Positions 9,701 to 18,700 of a stretch of 64,000 nt of DNA are shown piece after piece. Both the position numbers and the translations under genes were made by a program. The notes beneath the pieces were generated by a model. It was not told the origin of the DNA. It saw nothing but the letters and a program-made list of their open reading frames with translations, and searched no databases. The stretch's first letter is position 1, and each line of letters begins with the position of its first letter. The stretch covers positions 20,732-84,731 of the forward strand of contig CAZYIM010000007.1 in the NCBI GenBank assembly GCA_964647565.1, in the 5' to 3' direction. Source of the DNA: an uncultured Methanosarcinales archaeon (lineage in GTDB: Archaea; Nanobdellota; Nanobdellia; Woesearchaeales; CAZYIM01).

Positions 9701-12700
9701 CTGTCCTATTCCATAAGAACCAAATTCATTACCAGCAGTACCTATACTCACATTCCAAAGGTGTGTTCCGTTCTCATCTGTCTTGATAAGCCAGAAATCA
9801 GAACCACCATAGGCTGCATAGGAGGTAGTGTAACCAGATATGATAAATCCATTATCTGAGGTCTCTTGCACATCATAACCCCAATCATTATTTGATCCTC
9901 CAAAGGTATAGTTCCACTCATGACCTCCAGTGCTGTTGGCCTTGATCAACCAGATATCGTCATTTCCTGCACCATATGAATTAGTGGATCCTACCATAAT
10001 AAATCCTCCATCAGAAGTCTGGTCCAGAGCCCTGGCAATATCATTATTGGTTCCACCATAAGTCTGGTTCCATAAAGGAGTACCATTCTCATCTGTCTTC
10101 AGCAACCAGAAATCATTGACATTGGTTGAATCAACCCTCAGGTAACCAGCAACAATCAGTCCACCATCAGGAGTCTCCTGGATATCGTAACCTGCATCTG
10201 GGAATAATTTACCATAACTTTGGTTCCATAGCACAATTCCCGAACCATTTGTCTTGACTATCCAAAGTTCATCAGGGGGATCTACGCCATATGACTCTGT
10301 GTAGCCAACAATCGCGTAGCCGCCATCAGAGGTATTGGTAACTCCAAAAGCATCCCTATCATTAGCTGCTCCGCCAATACTGCTATTCCACAATATGTTC
10401 CCTGCTGCATCTGTTTTTACAAGCCAGAAATTATAATCAGTTCCAGGGAAGGATGTAGATTCACCAGCTAAGATATACCCTCCATCAGGAGTTTGCTTAA
10501 GGGCTTGTCCCCTATCAATCCAAGGTCCGCCATAGGTCTCATTCATTTCAATTGTAGGAGGTGCTGCGCATGCCATCCAATTCTGCCCTACATAACTGCC
10601 TCCGCAGCTGTTGCTGTCTGTCCAGCCGCCGACACAGGTCTGATTACCATTCAAGCACATACTCCACTGATCGCATGTCCAATTGGCATTGCCGCAGGTC
10701 AGGATGTCAAACATAGTCGTATCCTCAGCCCACAAACCTGTATAGTCTGTTGCATTTTCAGGGTCATCCACCCAGGCCATATTAGTCACGTTATTGGCAC
10801 TGCAGTTAGCAGTTATATTAACCAAAACAATGAAACTCTGACCAGATGTAAGATTGACACCGAAATTCGTGGTCAGATCTGTCCATTGCAGCAACTCATT
10901 TGCCAAGTCAACTGTATCTGGCGCTGGTGATGCCCAACTATAGTTCAGGCAGCTCGTATTAAATGTGTCCTCCAAAGGCACGCCTACAAATGTTGTGTTA
11001 CCTGTGTTCGTGATGTTAATCTCGAACTTAATGGTCTCATTAACCCAAGGCATTCCATTTGGCATAACTTTGGTCTTGATAACACTGATGTTCTGACCTG
11101 ATCCTCCGCTTGGCGCATCTTCTGTACATACAGAAGGCTCACCAGTGCAGGTCCATCCAGATTCCTCATGGCATACTGAGTCACAGCCGTCTCCTGATTC
11201 AGGAGGACTATCTCCGTCATCACACTCTTCTCCGCCAGTAATAGCACTGTCACCACAGACATCCTCATGTCCTGGTCCTGGTCCACCCATCACAGGCACC
11301 CATCCACCAGTATCATTGGTGTATTGCCATCCGCTGTTGGGCACAAGATCAACAGTAGAGCTTAGGTTTGCCGCATAATAATTTACTGGATTACATCCAT
11401 TTTGGTCACACCAGTCCATGGTCCAGCTAGAGTAGTATGCTGTCCAGTTGGTCATATAGACTCCAAGCAGGATCTGCTCAGGGTCATTGAAGGCCATCAA
11501 TGACTTATCAACCTTGAAATCAATAGTCCCAAAGTCACAGACAACAGAGTAGTTGGCCTGACTTGGACTTGCATTGACAACCTGCCACACACCTGCAGAA
11601 CATCCATAAAGGGTTCCGTTCACATAGCTTGCGCTCTGCCTGAACCTGACTTCGTACTTATAGTCAGCTCCAGTAGCATCACACGTACCACCAGGTACTG
11701 TGTCATAGAAGACCACATATCTCTGGCCATTGATTTGGCCCCTGTCAGTACTCGGGTATGAACCTCCACAGTATGGTATGCCGCCATGCCATTCAAAGCC
11801 ACCTGTCTCCATCTGGACATATATATAACTAGAGTCATTGGCCACATAAGCAGTGGTTATATCTCCACCTGGGCTTCCTCCGAATGGCTTAGCTTCATCA
11901 GCGCCTTCGTTACCATCCCAGCCCCAGTTGACACCTGCTGACCAGTTGCCAAAGGCATCACTAGACTTGTTCCAATTATAAAGCCAGGCAATATTAGATG
12001 AATCATAGTATTCACAGTTACACCAGCACTCTGCTATTGTATCCTCACCAAATGGTGTTGCTGTACAATTCGCAGACGTCTGGCAATCACAGTTGCCTCC
12101 CATATCACTATGACACTGATGGTCCATCTGATCGCACCACTCACCTTGTGCACAATCAGAATCAGAACTGCATCCAATATGGTCATCCGGAAGATATACA
12201 CATCTACCAGCTTCACAGAAAGCAGTATGGTCTGGAGGTGTATCCAGACAATTTGCAGCCTGCGTACATTCTAGAGCAGTTGCATTCTCAGACCTGCACT
12301 CATAGTGCTCACAGAAGTCATAGGTGTTTGCATTGGAATCATCACAATCACTATCTTCTGCACAATTGCCTGTGACATTCTCACAATTGCCCTGCCAGTT
12401 ACAGATTCCATAGAGGCCCATGCTAGCATTGTTTGAACACTCAAAGTCAGAAGTACATGAGACCGCACTCACATTGTTGTGCACACATTCCATAAGCACA
12501 CAGACATCCCATGTTGAGTTGTCGTCGTCATTACAATCTGTATTTCTCATACATTCTCCTGCACTGCTGTTGACCTCATACTCAAGAGCCAGCATGTTCT
12601 CAAAGTTTGCATTGAACATGAATCCAGATCCTTTGTCCTGGATCGGCACCATGGTTAAGTATTCGCCTGGCCTATTCCTTGCCAACACCATGAAATGAGT

Positions 12701-15700
12701 CAATCCTCCAATATTAGGATTGAGATAGGTCTCTCCACCATAGAAGTCCTCTTTACCAGACTCTGGACCTCCACCCATCATCTCCTGCATAGATACAACT
12801 CCGTTTGACTGTCTCATATGCTGCGCAAATGGCGCTATAGCATATGCAGCAGCATTTGCAGGGCTTGTATTGATATTTATCGATACAAACTCATTAGCCT
12901 GCACAATCGGATTATCCACTGTTGTCAAGAACGCAGAGCTTCCATTCTCATAGATAAGAATCATTCCATCCAGGAATTCAATCATCTTACACTCTGTACC
13001 ATTGTGTTCTTCATCAAACCAACAGTTGTTAGGATCAAGGATGTCTGTTATCAACATCACAGGTCCTGGGCTTGCATTAAGAGGTATGGTCAGATTAAAC
13101 TCTACTGTTCCATTGTCAAATGCTACAACATCAGGAAGCTCATCCAGCATCACATCTGTAAGGAAGCACATGCCGCCTGAGCCGCCGCCACCACCAGATG
13201 GAGGGGCTGTGTTGTCAGGAGTTCCTTCTGGTCCGCCGCATTCATTACATCTAGTGTCACAATCTACAGCGCATGGTGATCCTCCAGGACAACCACTGCA
13301 ATCAGTTTCACAAAAACCTCCTGGTTCGCAGTCTGGACTTCCTTGTTCAGGACCATCCATCATATGGTCTTCCCAGCTGCATCCGGGTGTTGAGTTGCAG
13401 GCATCCTGTGACCATTTGGACATACACGCCATCTCTTCTTCCATGTTGGCAAACTTAGATTCCTCTAGAGATGCAGAAACCGCATACTCATTGCCAACAG
13501 GGCTTCCATTGGTATAAAATGCTGTTATAGTTACTGGAATCTCATCACCAGGGAAAAATCCTAACTGTCCTGTATTTAGAGTCAGGTTGAATTTTCGGAC
13601 AATGAAATTCTTATGGGTCCAGAACCAACCTTTCTCATGGGCATCGACATTCACCATAACCTCGTATTCTCCTTTTTTCAGAGCATTCTCTCCTGAGAAG
13701 TCAAAGGTGGCAACACCATTGTAGTTGGTATGCTTTTCTTCACGGATTCCTCCTCCGCCACCGCCAAAGCCGCCTCCGGTCTTGACAGCGTGACATTCAT
13801 CCATTCCATAGTCATACCAGCACCAGCCTTCCTGATTCATGCATTCTGGCTCATTACCATCATAGTTGGCACATTGGCTATCCAGGAAAAGACAGTTAGG
13901 TTCCTCCCACCAACAACCCTCTTCAGGCATACATTGTACTGTTGTGTTTTTCTCAGAACAGTTGACCTCTTCTTCCTCTTGGGCTGCTCCGCCTTCAAAC
14001 CAGTGTCTGCGAAGTTCCAATTCAACTCTGGCATTATCAATAGGTGATCCTGTCAGCGCATCACTTGCAATGACAGTGATGGTTGCATCATCTCCCTGAT
14101 AGAGCACTTTTTTCTGGCCGTCGATATCAACATCAACATTCAGTCCCTTGATCCTGAACCATCTCTGGATCTTCTGGGTATCGACACCATCGCTTACCTC
14201 AAGCACCAGCTCATATTCAGATGGATGGCCTGGAGCCTGGAATTCTCCGATATATTCTCCATTGGCATCAGTGTAACCTGTTAAGTTAAAGGTCCTCTCA
14301 ACCATATGACCTGCCCAGATATTCCTAAGCTCGATCCATTCAACACTTGCGTTGAATAAAGGTGATCCATTGTAATATGTCACTTTTAACCAGAAACTTA
14401 CATTCTGGTTGGCCATGATATTTTCAGGCATCAACATTGCAGGCTGGAAAGATGCAATATTAAACCAGGTATCCCTAAAGATATTCAAGTCTTCACACCA
14501 GACCTTCGCCATATACTCTTTTGCTTCGAGATCAGATGGTACCACCCATTTCAACATTGTCATTGGAGGTCCCCATGGATCTGTCGGGTACTCTAGCCAT
14601 TGGGTCAGGTCGCCAGATGTCTTGACAACATCCCAGGTCTCTGAATCCCTTATTTCAGCAATCTCTATGTTGCCGCAGATAGCAGTCTCATTCTCATTGA
14701 ACCAGCTCTGCCTGTTCCAGATCTCTACATTTACAGTGGCGTTTTGGCCTGTCCAAAGATTCCAGTTCTCTGTCCATGCATCGAACTGATAGTCTGCTTC
14801 TGCTCCTCCGAGCACCTCGAACCAAAGCCATTTCTCCTTTTCAGGATACCAGCCACCCCAATCACCTTGTTTTCTGAGTTCTACGATTGCTTCATATTCC
14901 CCAGAATCCATTGGTGCTGAGAAATTCAGGGTGAATGCACCGCTAACAGCCTCTAAGGCATCATAGTCCAAGCACTGGCCTATCCAGTGGGTCCGCCAGT
15001 CTCTCAGGCTTTGGACCCTGTCTAAACAAAGCTCTGATTTGTTATCATAGCCAGTAACATTGATAGATACAAAGACCAAATCTCCTGGGCCTTTGCTATC
15101 CACATCATAGTTAGAGGTATCGTTGAGTGTTGGATCTGCTGTTAGCTCAACAGCCCAACTCGTTGCAGTTATCCTAAACCAGCGCCTCATCATGGTTGTT
15201 GATGCACCGTTTTGTATCTGGACTTCCATATCATAGTCCTTACCTGCAGTAAGATTAGCAATTCCAAACCTTAACTCAGCAAGTCCATTTGCGTCTGTTG
15301 ATGTATCTGTTGTGATACCTGTAATGTCACTCATTACACTCGTACCAGGCCCATTATGACCTATCTGCCAGACATCAATGAGTGTTACATTTGCTCCTGC
15401 TATTGCAGAACCGTTCTGATAGTTTACATCAACACTGACCACTACATTTGCAGTGGTAGGGAGTTCCCAATCACCATAGGTTGCGTCTTCTCCAGTGACC
15501 TCTCCCCACACATTCATCCAGACATCGAATGGGCTTACCATTACGCCCCACCATCTTGTGACTGCACCGTTACCGATGTCTATCTCAAGATCATAGAATC
15601 CGTTGGCATCAGCTGGAAGGTCATAGTTGATGGTTGCTTTTCCATCTGCATCTGTGTCTCCGGCACTGCCATTGGCTATATCATTCCAGTTATCGGATTC

Positions 15701-18700
15701 GCTTCTGACTGTATAGTTCACTGACATGCCGCTGACAGGAGTGCCGTCATCTTCTTTGACATACACTTCAAGTGATAGAGTATCTCCTGCTGCATAAGGC
15801 CAAGGAGTTATTTCATAAATATCCACCCAAAGACTTGATGAGCTGACAGTTACTGTCCTTATCTCATTTTGGTCTGTCCAGTTGAGGATCGCTCTGAAGC
15901 TTCCCTTAAGATGAGGTGGTATTGTAAATGCAAGCTGGGCCTCACCATTGGCATCAGTAGTATCAGTGGTAGTTGTCAGATAGCTTACATCTATGGTCTG
16001 ATTACCCCATTCAACATACTCAAGCTCCATGGTCTGACCGCTGATACCGCTACCATCAGGATTCCTGGCATTGACAAACAAGTTGACAGTGTCTCCTGGC
16101 TTATAGTCTGGCCTGTCTGGCCATGCCCAGAAGTCTCCTGCAGATATCCTGAACCAGACATGCCTTATGACCTGGTTGCTGCCTATATTGAATGCAACTT
16201 CTGCTTCATACTCGCCTAATGCAACTTGCGGGTTAAAACTAAAGCTTACAACACCGTCGCCTCCAATGACTAGGTCGTTGGCAGTGATACCCACGCTGTC
16301 ATTTAGAACATTCCAGTTCATCGGGTTGAAATATTGTAGTATTGTGACATTGATCTCTCCGCCATTCAGTGGATTGCCATCAACATCATATACAGTAAAT
16401 TCAAGAGTCAGGTTTTCGCCATTGCCAATAAAGGTGTGCATGTTCTCCCAGTTGAAGAACACATCAAATCCTGACTTGATATCAAATGGATAGTGAGCTT
16501 CCACATGCATAGGGCTATCAAGATCAGGGATGGCTGCGATTGCAACATACGGACCGCCGTCTGCAAAGACCATGGTTTCCTGGTGGAATCCTGTTCCATC
16601 AGTAGTAAAGTCAGCCGTGAGTCCATCTAGTCTTACCCAACCGTCTGCATCAAAGATGTAAAGTTTTCCATCTGTATCTGCAGGTCCTGAAATATTGAAA
16701 TCAACATTATCTCCTGTTGAATACCTTGGCGGCTGAAAGTCCGGTGAGTCCATTGAAGAACCATCGCTGGTTATCAGGTCCAGATCATACTGCTTGACAT
16801 AGAAGTGTATCATAGCCGTGTAGTTGACACCCAAATACTCTATTGCTACCTCAGCCTCGTAACCACCAGGATCAAGGGCAAAGCCTGTAAGGTTGACCAG
16901 TTTCCAACCTGCATTTGGAGAGTCTCCAACTGCCACAGTGAATTCAGAGGCCAGGTCAGTAGGACCATTCCATATATGCTGCAGATATACATCGCCATCT
17001 GCAACAGCTATAGCTCCGCCAACATTATTTTCCAGTTTAACCTCTAATGATATTGTATCTCCAGATGCATAGCCACCCATTGGGTTAAATGGCCTGCCCC
17101 ATGGGAAGACATTGTTATAGACATTGAAGGTGTATACCCTTTGGTCGCTTGTATTGGTGCATGTTGCACCAGTATAGATACACAACTCAACATCAAATGT
17201 GCCTGATTGGGTCAGACCAGAAAGATCATATGTATAATTCTGTTCCTGTCCTTCACTGAAACTCTGCTCTGTACCTGCAATATTGACTGCTTGCCCAGTA
17301 TCGATGTTAGTCAGGCCGGTAACATTTATCTTTATATCACCGCCAGTATTCACTCCAAAGACTAATGTCTGTCCCAGATCAATACCATATGTCCTCAGCC
17401 AAACATCATAGTCAAAAGTAGCACCAACTATCTCAAAGGTAACCGGTATTGACTTGATGTTATTATCAGTATCCTTTGCCTGAGTCACAAGCATATACTT
17501 GCCTTTCTTGGAGGGTGCTGTGAATCTCAATATGTTTGTTGTATCGAAGTCAGATGTCTTCTTAGCTCCAAGCTCGCTTACCCAAGGAGGTGGAGATGCA
17601 ACCTTGCATTGAGGAGACAGGCAGGTGTATTGAACAAGCTTAAGCTCATTCATGTCAACTGCTCCGCCGCCAGGATTGCTCAACAAGAAATTGACGCTAA
17701 TGTTGCTTTCAGGAACAAATTGTGTTGTCTGCGCTCCATTGCTGTCCTGAAGCTGGACTTCTACTTCTGTCTGATAAACTCCCAATTCACAAGGCCACAT
17801 GCCTGCTGAATAGGAATCACTTGAAAGCTCCTCACCGTTCACAGATGGAATAGGTCTGTATCTGCCAATTGAACTTGGTGCAGTAACAGTAATAGTAGCC
17901 ACACCATCAGCATTGGTGGTTCCAGAGCTGGTTGTAGTCGCAACCTTGTCAGTCCATGACTCAAGATCTGTGAATTTAGTGATGCTCACATTTTGGTCAG
18001 CCACACCTGTTCCGTCTGTATTAGTAATAGTTATCTTGTACTGGACAGATGATGAAGGCGAGACTGTCGATTGGTCTGAATCTACAAAAGAACATGACAG
18101 GCTTGAGAACTTTTGGATCTGCAAGTAGTCAATATATTCCTCTGCTTCTCCTGTGTTAGGATTAAAGGCATCAATCACATAGACATAGACATCCTCTATT
18201 GCAGGGGTTGAGTTGACATTAAGCTCAAAGCTGCCCCATGCATTGGTTGTTGTAGGGCTGGCTCCTATCTGTTCTACAAGATCAAAGTTCTGTGTGTCAT
18301 AGAATCCTTCAAAGGATATGTTGATATTAGGTATCAGGTTGAAATCCGGATCAAACACAAAGCCGTATATAGTTGTCGGTACGCTTGGTTGTGCATAATA
18401 GAATGGCATGGTGTATGCGTAGACAAAGAATGATTTTACCATGAACCATGCTTCCCGGATCTCCTCAACCGAACCTGTATCGACTTTCACGAACACAAGG
18501 TAGTCTCCTTTCTTAAGACTCTGGCCTGATTTAGGTTTTACAGTCACAACTGTCTGGCCGCCAGCAGTGGTGTTGGTGGTCGCAGTATATTTGTCTGTAG
18601 AGATGACCTTAGGAGATTTTCCAGATATGAACAACAGCTTATCAACAGTAACATTAGAACCATTTGGAACTGGCGTGCCATTAAAGAAGTTGGCAGTCAC

